64,000 nt of DNA from Bigelowiella natans CCMP2755 (GCA_000320545.1 ADNK01003099.1:1-64000), one strand, 5' to 3'. Positions 12,898-27,037 are shown, counted from the stretch's first letter. The notes: generated from the letters alone by a model not told the origin. Numbers and translations are program-made.

Positions 12898-13570
12898 GTA
12901 GTATGTACTAAATGTTAAATGTAGAAATAAACTCATATCGGACTTAAACGCATGTACGTGCATACATGCATGCAAGACGGGCTCACATTTTATGAAAATG
13001 ATATACATACGCGATGCTTTGCTGTTTATGAAACATATTTGTTGTAGTGTCTTAGCATAGTCCGATTCTGTCGAAAAATGCTGATTCATATCGATGCTTA
13101 ACGCTGAACATCCGTCGTGCAAATGCTGTGATATAATACTGCACAATTAGAAGCCGCTATCTAGCTATGGACCGCCCACATGTATCATCACAAGCAAGTG
13201 TGTTGCTACGCACGACATGCTAGAATGCGGACATTAAAAAAATAATCAGGCATGTGCAATCGTGTCGGCCATTATTGCCATTGTCATGCACGTAGTAGTA
13301 GCATGCAGCAAACATGGCAATGATTGCTATTTTTGCTGTCGATGCGATCGGGTTTGTACTGCAATGCTGTTTGGCTTGCAACTGTGTACGTAAAATAGCA
13401 CATAAGTTATCATGACGCACGGTTGTTGCATATGGCTACCGTCTGCCATCCGTCACTTCGCGTTCGACGTGTAATGATGTCTGAACTATTTGCTAAAATT
13501 CTTGGAACATGGTCTAACGAAAGCTCACAATTTGCAAGGCGTACAAAGCGTTTCCCCATCTAAACTCGTC

Positions 13571-17574
<4,004 letters not shown>

Positions 17575-17969
17575 CTCTACAGTTGCTCAGGCGCTCTATC
17601 TGAGCTGAGCTGAGCTGAGCGAAGGAAGAACGTGGTCGGCCGAAGCAGAGGACGACTATTTCCAGGCGAATGAAGATGGCCTGATGCCCTTAATACACTT
17701 TGGTTTTAGTACTGCGACTTATACTTACCTAATAATCCGCTTAAATTCACATCCTTTTCAAAGATGTGACAACTAGCTTAGAACTCTGTAAGCTCTGACC
17801 TCTTCTTCTAGGCGGCTGGCGGAGCTGGATAAGTTAAAGTAGGTTTCGGCCGATGTGTTGTCGCACCGGTAGAACGAATAGCGTTTTTCCTATTTTCCTC
17901 GTGCGATCATCGTCCGATGAATTCCCAACAAATTTTGGTATCGGCAGGCGCCACCCCCCTCCCACGCTG
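17575..17969. promoter_or_regulatory. Short bidirectional promoter region between the pseudokinase and RRP41 genes; contains (CTGAG)4 at ~17600-17619
   Basis: Divergent start codons at 17574 (-) and 17970 (+), about 395 bp apart. Confidence 0.55.
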
Positions 17970-18416
17970 ATGTCCAAGGTAAAATGAGCATTTCTATGCC
18001 GGGGTGGACTGGTATGGATCCTCCTTGCCTGATATTCTTTTTCGGTGTTAGCGCGAGTATATATCGCCCCAAGGATTGCGAATCGATGGACGACGTTCGA
18101 CAGAGATCCGCCGTGTCCAATGCAAGCTGGGAATATTTAGGTGAACGCCTGCACTGCTATACTGGAACCTCCTATATTTTCATTCGAAAAGTTTCATTTT
18201 TCGAAACCCTTTTGGAATTAAAAATACCTTGCTCCCTTATAATTGCTTGAATGTACCAGCCACGTGGACGGCTCCGCCATACTAGAGCAAGGAAACACGA
18301 AGATTATTGCGTCTGTTTATGGCCCTCGAGAGGTTGATGTTCCCCTTCTATTGTTGCCTCTTAAATTTGCAGCGATAAGAAGAAAATCAGTTAGCGAGAC
18401 ATATGTATGTTATTTC

Positions 18417-18468
<52 letters not shown>

Positions 18469-20121
18469 TTAACAGGCAACACGGAGGTCGGAGGCTCTTC
18501 CAGATAAAGCATTTGTGACTTGCGAGTAAGAGAACCTACCACAGCACGCTGTCAATATTAGGCTGATTCTATATATTTTGTTCTAGGTATTCGATTGCAT
18601 CATTCGCAACAAACGAGCGCAAACGGAGGCCAAAAAGTGATAGGTCAGCCGACACATGCCGGTTATCTGCATCGTGCAAATGGTGACTGATAGCAATGAA
18701 TTTCATCTACTTACAGACGACTCAAGGAAAAAGGCCTGGAACTTAAGAAAGTATATCCTCGCCAAGCTACATGCAGCATGAAATATTTGTGTGTACATTC
18801 TATAAATTAAGTGCAAGCATTTACTCTACCGCTGTATTAATCTGGCAGATATTCGAGACACTCATCAATACGCATAGATATCCAAGATCTCAGGTTTGCT
18901 ATTTGATCATATTTAATTCAAAACAGGGCACTCTAATACTATAAAAATTATATCTTTTTGATGATACCAAATAGCTTCTCATAATCGACACAGAGTCAAC
19001 AATTTAAATAAAGTAATCGACGGTGTGCGGTATTTATGACGTTGTATTTGTTTCCAGATCTCTTTGTTCGTTCAAGTATTGCAAAGCGACGGAGGTTGCA
19101 AAATAATAAAGAAAACAAACACGCATATTCAGTTGAGATCGACGCGTGCGTACATAATGTATATAATTACAGTATGTTAATGCTAATCCAATGTTAGATT
19201 CTTCATAAATATGCCACGCACGCACGCACAGGCACACGCGTACACACAAGCACATACACACGCATGCGCACATGGTTGTGTGTAAAGATTATGCTTTTAT
19301 GGCTCTTTTATAGGAGATATGGCTGCTGCAATAAATGCCTGCACGTTAGCATTGATTGACGCTGGCATTCCGATGCAGGTGCTACATTCTCGTATTTTAT
19401 GATTTTATCAATAGAGTGGTAGTGAAAGACACTGAGGCCCTCCCATGTAAATGAAAATTATTAAAAACTAATTTCTCGCCCAACGCTCCTGCGTTTGTGT
19501 TTTCCTCCCATAGGATTTTCTCACTGCATGTACCGTCGGGTTTTTGGATGGATCTCCGCTGATAGGTATGGCTTCATATTCGTTATTTTCAAATGACGAT
19601 GACATCCAATCGATAGTTTCACCTTAGAATTTACTATTCGGTGATAAGTATACTTCCATGGTCAGCGCAATATCTGACTCCTAGTGTGACATTTGTATCA
19701 TGTGAGTTTGGTTCTAAAGTTCTTTCTCGCATCCTTTTCTCCCTATGAATACCACGTAGACACAAATTATACAGAGAGCTCAGGTCCAGGTCCTGAGATG
19801 GTACTCGCAGTGCTGCCAAAAACGAAAGAGATTAGTTACATTCAAATGACTGACAAGGTATAGTATTGACAATCATTTTTTGGGTTGTGTCGGTTTTAAC
19901 ATGAGATAAATTTTGGGGCATTTCCCTGAATGATGTTGGATTTAACATCGCCACAGCGTAGATGACAATTCATCTTTTCGATACTACAGCTTCCGATACA
20001 AAATTTAGAAGTCATGATGGAAAGTGCCACTGAAGGATGCCTAAAAGTATACGAGTTGCTCAAGGAAAAGGTCAAGGCACATTCGTTCGCACTTCTGCAC
20101 GCAAGAGGCACTTCCCTTTGA
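17970..20121 (+). CDS. RRP41: Exosome complex RNase PH-like subunit RRP41/EXOSC4, 12 exons
   Basis: Complete GT-AG model: MSK|REYISPQGLRIDGRRSTEIRRVQCKLGIF|SHVDGSAILEQGNTKIIASVYGPRE|..|YSIASFATNERKRRPKSDR|..|IFETLINTHRYPRSQ|ISLFVQVLQSDGG|DMAAAINACTLALIDAGIPMQ|DFLTACTVG.. ending at TGA 20119-20121. Confidence 0.95.
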
Positions 20122-20649
20122 AATTGAGATTGTGATACGAAATGGACTGGGGATTTACCTAAATTTGTCTAGTCATTGAATTCGCCATGCTTGTGATTGG
20201 GTGCATGCTTGCTGCACATGAAATTGCATTGAGCCTTTACGGTTTTGTGCATCAAGATTCGGGCTTTCTGGCTCTGCCATACAAGTCTTCGCAAAAATGC
20301 AAAGTGTGTGTGCCATCATTCGTGCTGGCGCAAATTGTCGCGGTCGTGCTAGCGTGGGTCGTGACGCATGCTGTTGCTCAGAGCAAGCTGTGCGCAAGCA
20401 AACCATGTCCGAATGGCATGCACGCCTTTCCCTTTGCGCTAGCTACGGGTCAGTGCATAGCACGTGCAATGTGCAAAGTCCAGGCCTTCACGCGCACAAT
20501 TCTTTTGCATTTCAGAATCACAATTGAATCGCCATCGCACTTCACTGTCAACGATGCAATGACAGTGGTGATCAAAGCAACTTCACTTGTCTGCTGTGTG
20601 TGTTTGTGCACCTCCAGACCTCTGGACCTGCTTGACTGACCTGGTCGTT

Positions 20650-20975
20650 TGTAGCGCGTACCACTACGCGGGCACAAGTCACGTGCGACAACAAAGGGGT
20701 TGTCGCGGATATAGAATATAGATAACGTAGATATTAATACAGCATAGGCACGTGGGTTCCGGCGGGACTCATGGCAGCACACCGGAAGTGTGCTGCCCCA
20801 CGTGCGGCGGCATTCGCGAAAGCTTCGCGAATGATTACGCAGTGCACGATTTAATAAAAATATAATCTTTAATAAAAATAAACACAACTCTTCAAAAGGA
20901 AGCAAACGTGCCTTTCCCCCCCCCTGCCTACTTGTGCACGTAGCGCCTCGGCCTGTGAACACCTTACGCGCAACA
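20650..20975 (+). repeat. 5' LTR
   Basis: TGTAGCGCGTA...TACGCGCAACA (terminal inverted repeat 10/11), direct repeat of 26040-26365. Contains three CACGTG boxes, a TATA-like AT block and clustered AATAAA. Confidence 0.97.
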
Positions 20976-20980
20976 ACCTT

Positions 20981-20998
20981 TGGCTTCCACACACGGGA
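20981..20998 (+). promoter_or_regulatory. Primer-binding site (TGGCTTCCACACACGGGA)
   Basis: Starts with TGG 5 nt after the LTR end. The reverse complement TCCCGTGTGTGGAAG-CCA has the form of a tRNA 3' end. Confidence 0.75.
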
Positions 20999-21014
20999 AA
21001 CGATTTGACTAACA

Positions 21015-24000
21015 ATGTCACAGCAGCTAGAAGAACAGCAGGACTTTGGCTCGCAGGCCGTGCAAGGGCACGAGCAGAAACAGGAAAGGAAGGGCGATAC
21101 GGACGCTAAGGAAGGAGGAGGAACACCTCCACAGGCACCGCCGGGACCAGCACCCGGGATTAAGAAAGCAGATGCAGCAGCAGAGGCACTGGAGAACTTC
21201 TACGAGGCGGACGACGAGGACGTGGCCGCCGAAAGCAAGAAGGTCGTAATGGCATTACGAGCCTTGCGACCCAGGGCGAGCAACTACGCCAAACTGAAAG
21301 TATCGATAGAATACAAGTATCAGACACATGATGTTTGGGCAGCTATCATGCAGGACATCATGGATTACGAAGCAGACTTACCTCCAGAGTGGGCAGCTTT
21401 GTTTAGGAACGACGGGGGTCTGGGCGCCTCGCGGGGGACGACCCAGAGCACCGTCAAGCAGCAGCAGCCGGTACAGCGGAACACCCAGTTCATGTCTGTT
21501 AAAACAGCACCGGTTATGATAACGAAATACAACGGGAAAAGAGGTGAGGCAAGGAGGTGGTGGAAGAACGCTAGGAGTATACTCTGCGACTTTACCCCTA
21601 ACCCCACCGAAAACGACAAGCTCAAATGGCTAGCTATAATAAAGCAAGCCATGGACCTTTACGAGACAGGCAGGACCCGGATCAGGCAGCTAGAGAAAAT
21701 ACACACTACAGTTAGTGGGCTACGAGACGTTGAGGCGATAATGAAGGCTTTTGTAAATGAACAGGATGCTAACTCCCTACCCCAGGCTATTAGAAAATAC
21801 AGAGCAATGATGCAGCATGAGAGAGAACCTGTTAGAGACTTTGCCACGCGCTTCCAGGATATGATCGACGAACTACATGATTTTAATTACAACACAGGTG
21901 ATGATCAGGCAAGGTTTGAAGAGTTCAAGTTAAAGATAAAGGAATCCACTTACGTTACGGAGAAAGGCTACACCACGATGGAGGCAGCAGTGCAGGCTAT
22001 ATCCCTACGCGAGCAGGAGCAGGACCGCAAGTTTACCAGCCCTAAGGTACCTGGCATAGGAAACATTAACGCTATTAAGCCGCAGCGAGACTGGTACAAG
22101 GACAGGGAAGGTAACCGACGTTGCGGATACTGCTCACGTAAAGGGAAACACACCGCTAAAGACTGCAGAGACAGGAAAGAAGGACGACCCAGGATGACGA
22201 TCAGGCAGCTCAACGAACACTACGAGAAGTTAAAGAGAAAGAAAGGCAGAGGACAAGGATATAACAACAGCAAATGGCAAGGCAGCAACAACGGGAAGAA
22301 CAATAAATATAAGAACAAAAAGCAGAACAGTATCAATGCTATACAGCAGCAGATAAACGGAATATTAGATCACCTTAAGCAGGCGCCGACGAAGACAGCA
22401 GTACCAGCAACGCAGGACCAAGACAAGCCCATGACCCTAGACGACATAAAGAACTTAGGAGTATGCAACATTAATGACGAAGACGCTAACAGGACTATCA
22501 AAGTTGCTATGACCAAGGTTAAAGTTAAAGACAGCTACGGAGACTACAAGAAACTACCTGCCCTTTGGGATAGTGGCAGCATGCCGAAGTCCTTCATAAG
22601 CCTAAGCACAGTAAGAAGGTTAGGACTATTGGATCAAGTGACTAAGAAAGAACGTAAATATGCTCAAGCAGACGGAAGCTCTTCCATGAAGACCGTCGGT
22701 GAGCTAATGCTAAAGCTACAGATACCTGGCAGCGACGCGGAGACCCAAATCAAGACCCGAGTAGCCATGACTTTATCCATGGAACTACTCCTCGGACAGG
22801 ATGCCCTAGAAAAATTAGGGGGGATCATATCATTCTACAATCACAAGATATACTTTGCTAAGTTGCCAAAGAAGTCAGGCAGGACCATCAGCCAGAACAT
22901 GATACGGCTTGACGAGTGGACCTCTGAGTCAAGCGTTAATGCGTTAGAGTTTATGGACCTAGCGGACAACAAGCTACCTACACCTACCGAGCTACGGAAG
23001 AAGAACCCCGGCAAGACCATCCGACAGATAACGGAGCTACTGGACAAGACCCCCCCAGCTGATGATTGGGATATCGACAAAGGCAAAAAGTACATTAATA
23101 AAATATTAAACGAGAAGTACTCTGACATCACCAAGCCGACGACGAAGCCCTCCAGCAAGCTTACCCCAGTAAAGATCGAGCTAAAGAAGGGATACGAAGA
23201 GTGCATCATCAATGACCCAGAACATAGGCGACCGGAAGCGGACTGGGAAAAGATAGAGTGGCAGATCAATGAATGGGCAAAGGAAGGGAAGATAGAGCCA
23301 AGCAACTCACCATGGAACGTGAGACATGTGCTAGCTAAGAAACCTACTTACCCTTTCTTCCGCCTGGCGCACAACTTCATCCGCCACAACCGAGTAATAA
23401 AGAGGATCCAGACACCTACACCAAGGATAGATGACGTTATTGAACACGTCATAGGATACAAATACTACTCTTCCCTAGATAAAAATGAATCATACATGCA
23501 GACACCCATCCACAAAACCTCCCGCCCCATTACCGCGTTCTCCAGCAGGCACAGGAAGTGGCACTTCGTCGTATTCCCTTACGGCCTAAGCATATCAGGG
23601 GATGCGTTCAGTAGTCAGAACTACAGGGCATACACACATGATGGGATGGCGTCTGTGTTGTGGGTGTTTGTGTTTGTGTATGTGGATGATGACATAATAT
23701 GTACCAACACAGTCGTCGCTCAGATCTTCCTCCTGGAAAATATATTTATTAGGTTTGCACACTTCGGTTTTACTATTAGACTGCAGAAGTGTACATTCCT
23801 AGCTACAAGAATCAAGTGGTGTGGATATTACCTGGAGCAAGGCCGCATCACCCCAAACCCCGAGAAAGTAGCAGCACTACAGCAAGCCCCTAAACCTAAG
23901 AATGCAAAGGAGTTAAAGTCATTCTTGCAGACTGCAGCTTGGATACTACGTAGGTTCTCCCCTACCTACGCTAGGACTGCAGCTGCTTTTACTACTGCTT

Positions 24001-25988
24001 ACCGGAAGGAGAACTCTGTAGGCCTCAGCTTCGCTAAGGTGTGGGCCAAGGCTGGCCTTGATGCCCACTTCGATAACCTAATAAAGTTATGCAGCAACAC
24101 CCTATTGAATGCTAAGCTAGACACTACTAGACCAGCTACCCTATGGACAGACTGGTCTAAGCTAGGTATGGCTGCTGTACTTACCCAAGACCAGCAGATC
24201 ATACGGGTGTGGGGCAGGGCCTGCACAGCAGCTGAGGCCAAGTACAGCCCTACAAAAGGAGAGTATAAAGCCATGACTGAGGCGCAGAGGAAACTAAGAT
24301 ACTACCTGCTGTCGGTGCCCAGCTTCACCTTAATGACTGACCACAAGCCCCTCCTAGGCATCGACCGCAAGCTCGAAGCGCCTAACGATGAGTATGCAGC
24401 TATGAGGGCGGACACGGAAGAGTTTAGGGACAAGAGGACAGTGGTCTACGCACCAGGAGACAAGCAGCTTGCTGACTATTTCAGCAGGCTGTTCGAAAAG
24501 AAAGTCCCTACCCAGGTCACCCCTATGGTTAACGCGATTACCTTCGAGGACGGCGACTTCCTGCCTGAGCCAGAGGAGCTCCAGCACCTTCAAGAACACC
24601 TGGATAAATACAAACACAAGCATGAGGTACTTAGTGATAGGATATATGTATACACTAATAATGTTAGGCGTACCTACGTGCCACGGCGGACCAGGGGAGC
24701 CCTTCTCTTTACCGCCCATGGACCTGCACACGTAGGAGAAAACCATATCACTGCTCTACTCTACCATTACTACTGGCCCTACAAGCTAAAAGAGATAAGG
24801 ACATACCTGCGTGGCTGCAGGTGCTCCAGCTTGAAGGCGGCAGGCGTCGCCACCAAGGAGTCCAGCAAGAGCCGTGCATCTAAGAAAATCAAAGCAAGGA
24901 ACTTCTTAGATATCGTGCAAATTGATGTTTATAAGTACGATGGCTATCACTACCTTACCTTCGTTGATGTGGCCACTGGAAAGTGCTGGGTTAAAAAGAT
25001 TATCAAGGTCAACGTTGCTAAGAAGAACAAAGGCTTATATAAGCAGAGGCTTACTAACTGCTACCGTACCTGGGAGTCTGAGCTCCAGGCTATCCCTGAT
25101 GAAGTTAGCATAAACAAGATACCAAAGAAGTTACATGTGGATAATGAGACCTCTCTTCTACAGCTACCACACCCTAATATTGATGCCTCACCTGTATACT
25201 ATGCCCAGTCCAACTCCAAGGTAGAGCGACTCCACCGCACCTTGGCCAACCTAAGCAGGATAAATAGCACCACACCAGACAAGATACAAGGGTTAGTAAA
25301 CGACACCTTCACGTCTGGGGGAGGTATCAAGGATAAGGAGAGGGAAGAAGGCGACGACAACGACGACGATACCGAGAGCGAAGACGAGAAGGTCCCGTAC
25401 GATGGCCGAGTTCTAAAGGAAGGACAGTATGTTAGGGCCAAGGTAAATCTGAGATCGAGAAATAAACAAGACCCCTTCTGGGGTGGCGTTGCAAAGGTTA
25501 CCGAGAGGAAGGGGAGGAAGCAGTACTACATCTATGATGGGAACAGGGTCACCTTGCGCCACATCAGTCACCTAAAGAATTATGATATCGGTGAGAAGCT
25601 CCTAGAGGATGTTAAAGTAAACCCTACTGTGTGGGAGCGAGCAATGCCTTGTTTAGGACCCCGACCTAAGTTCGATGTGGAATATGGAAACAATAAGGTC
25701 AGGGTGAACGACGATTGGCGCATGAAGATTGTCTATCTAGGCTACCCTGGATTACGAAATATGGAGAGGGTAGCTATGAAAATAAAGGACGGAAAATATC
25801 AGCTACTCTACCTAGCTGTTCCCGACTTACCCTTTGAGCACTGGTATAAGGTCCTGGGGGACCTTGATGCAGAGGGCTGGTATGGACACGAACCTAAGGA
25901 CGAAGGTGAGTTCTGGGTAAGCGACAAAGGAGATAAGGTTAGAGAGGAATCTATTACCTGGTGGTTGGTGAAGTTCCGAAAGCGATGA
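21015..25988 (+). CDS. Gag-Pol polyprotein (1657 aa): Gag with zinc knuckle, aspartic protease, RT, RNase H, integrase, GPY/F-like module, C-terminal Dam-like domain
   Basis: CGYCSRKGKHTAKDC (knuckle); ALWDSGS (protease); SPWN..YSSLD..PYGL..YVDD (RT); TDWS..E..TDHKPL..ADYFSR (RNase H); H-x3-H..CRC, FVDVATG, HVDN, QSNSKVER (integrase). No stops or frameshifts. Confidence 0.97.
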   Translation: MSQQLEEQQDFGSQAVQGHEQKQERKGDTDAKEGGGTPPQAPPGPAPGIKKADAAAEALENFYEADDEDVAAESKKVVMALRALRPRASNYAKLKVSIEYKYQTHDVWAAIMQDIMDYEADLPPEWAALFRNDGGLGASRGTTQSTVKQQQPVQRNTQFMSVKTAPVMITKYNGKRGEARRWWKNARSILCDFTPNPTENDKLKWLAIIKQAMDLYETGRTRIRQLEKIHTTVSGLRDVEAIMKAFVNEQDANSLPQAIRKYRAMMQHEREPVRDFATRFQDMIDELHDFNYNTGDDQARFEEFKLKIKESTYVTEKGYTTMEAAVQAISLREQEQDRKFTSPKVPGIGNINAIKPQRDWYKDREGNRRCGYCSRKGKHTAKDCRDRKEGRPRMTIRQLNEHYEKLKRKKGRGQGYNNSKWQGSNNGKNNKYKNKKQNSINAIQQQINGILDHLKQAPTKTAVPATQDQDKPMTLDDIKNLGVCNINDEDANRTIKVAMTKVKVKDSYGDYKKLPALWDSGSMPKSFISLSTVRRLGLLDQVTKKERKYAQADGSSSMKTVGELMLKLQIPGSDAETQIKTRVAMTLSMELLLGQDALEKLGGIISFYNHKIYFAKLPKKSGRTISQNMIRLDEWTSESSVNALEFMDLADNKLPTPTELRKKNPGKTIRQITELLDKTPPADDWDIDKGKKYINKILNEKYSDITKPTTKPSSKLTPVKIELKKGYEECIINDPEHRRPEADWEKIEWQINEWAKEGKIEPSNSPWNVRHVLAKKPTYPFFRLAHNFIRHNRVIKRIQTPTPRIDDVIEHVIGYKYYSSLDKNESYMQTPIHKTSRPITAFSSRHRKWHFVVFPYGLSISGDAFSSQNYRAYTHDGMASVLWVFVFVYVDDDIICTNTVVAQIFLLENIFIRFAHFGFTIRLQKCTFLATRIKWCGYYLEQGRITPNPEKVAALQQAPKPKNAKELKSFLQTAAWILRRFSPTYARTAAAFTTAYRKENSVGLSFAKVWAKAGLDAHFDNLIKLCSNTLLNAKLDTTRPATLWTDWSKLGMAAVLTQDQQIIRVWGRACTAAEAKYSPTKGEYKAMTEAQRKLRYYLLSVPSFTLMTDHKPLLGIDRKLEAPNDEYAAMRADTEEFRDKRTVVYAPGDKQLADYFSRLFEKKVPTQVTPMVNAITFEDGDFLPEPEELQHLQEHLDKYKHKHEVLSDRIYVYTNNVRRTYVPRRTRGALLFTAHGPAHVGENHITALLYHYYWPYKLKEIRTYLRGCRCSSLKAAGVATKESSKSRASKKIKARNFLDIVQIDVYKYDGYHYLTFVDVATGKCWVKKIIKVNVAKKNKGLYKQRLTNCYRTWESELQAIPDEVSINKIPKKLHVDNETSLLQLPHPNIDASPVYYAQSNSKVERLHRTLANLSRINSTTPDKIQGLVNDTFTSGGGIKDKEREEGDDNDDDTESEDEKVPYDGRVLKEGQYVRAKVNLRSRNKQDPFWGGVAKVTERKGRKQYYIYDGNRVTLRHISHLKNYDIGEKLLEDVKVNPTVWERAMPCLGPRPKFDVEYGNNKVRVNDDWRMKIVYLGYPGLRNMERVAMKIKDGKYQLLYLAVPDLPFEHWYKVLGDLDAEGWYGHEPKDEGEFWVSDKGDKVREESITWWLVKFRKR

Positions 25989-26031
25989 AGGTCTAAGGGA
26001 ATAAGGAAGGAAGGAAGGAGCAACGTGACTT

Positions 26032-26039
26032 GGGGGAGG
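26032..26039 (+). promoter_or_regulatory. Polypurine tract
   Basis: GGGGGAGG directly abutting the 3' LTR, preceded by a purine-rich stretch (aagggaataaggaaggaaggaaggag). Confidence 0.85.
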
Positions 26040-26365
26040 TGTAGCGCGTACCACTACGCGGGCACAAGTCACGTGCGACAACAAAGGGGTTGTCGCGGAT
26101 ATAGAATATAGATAACGTAGATATTAATACAGCATAGGCACGTGGGTTCCGGCGGGACTCATGGCAGCACACCGGAAGTGTGCTGCCCCACGTGCGGCGG
26201 CATTCGCGAAAGCTTCGCGAATGATTACGCAGTGCACGATTTAATAAAAATATAATCTTTAATAAAAATAAACACAACTCTTCAAAAGGAAGCAAACGTG
26301 CCTTTCCCCCCCCCTGCCTACTTGTGCACGTAGCGCCTCGGCCTGTGAACACCTTACGCGCAACA
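26040..26365 (+). repeat. 3' LTR
   Basis: Identical by inspection to 20650-20975; followed by TSD CGTT. Confidence 0.97.
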
Positions 26366-26995
26366 CGTTCAGGTCATCCTTGCATCACACGATTCACACT
26401 TTGCTGTCAAAACTCAGACTTTGCATTTCAAAACTGAAGACGTGCATCTAATGATGAAAACAAGTCAGTTCAAATTTCAGATCCACATCGAACTTCTCCC
26501 GAAGCTGGAACACGAACGAAGCAATTCCAGCCCCTGCTGGTCTGCTGGCCCAGAAGAGTGCATGCAAGTGTCAATTTTGCAACAGCCACAACTCACATTC
26601 CTTTTTCTTTGGCAGTTTTGCTCTCACCGACAACTCAAAATGCCCAGGACGGCATTAGTTCTAGTGAATGATTAAATCGCAAAAAACGAAACACCAGAAA
26701 CAGTGAATGAGAAATGGGGATGGCACAGTCTGTCATCGGGTGCAAAGATCTTTGAAGACACGTTCTCAGCCTCACTCAATGCAGCGTCAATGGTAGCATT
26801 GCATTTCTGCATTGCGACAAGAAACAAAATGGAAAATCACTGCAGTACGCATGCAGATTCAAAAAGGAGCATAGATGACGATGACACGCGACTACAACTA
26901 ACTTCGGCGAAGGCACGTCGTAGATCCGCTTTCTGGTTTTTCCATGCCATGCGAATTAGGTTCTTCGCGAAAAGCATTACTTTGTTCACACGTCA

Positions 26996-27037
<42 letters not shown>

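Larger units (their letters stand above)
20650..26365 (+). mobile_element. Full-length, apparently intact Ty3/Gypsy LTR retrotransposon (5716 bp)
   Basis: Two 326-bp LTRs (TG...CA), identical by inspection. 4-bp TSD CGTT at 20646-20649 and 26366-26369. PBS and PPT present. Single gag-pol ORF in PR-RT-RH-IN order. Confidence 0.97.

Noticed and set aside
20170-20600. Glycosyltransferase (GT34-like) identity for the interrupted gene
   Set aside because: Only a weak resemblance after restoring Tyr codons; insufficient to call.
20450-20992. Antisense ORF repeated at 25993-26352
   Set aside because: It is simply the reverse strand of the two LTRs and has no recognisable motifs.
25400-25988. Chromodomain or env at the integrase C-terminus
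   Set aside because: There is no aromatic-cage YLVKWxG..TWE pattern in the proper context and no signal peptide or TM segment. The Dam-like alignment fits better.
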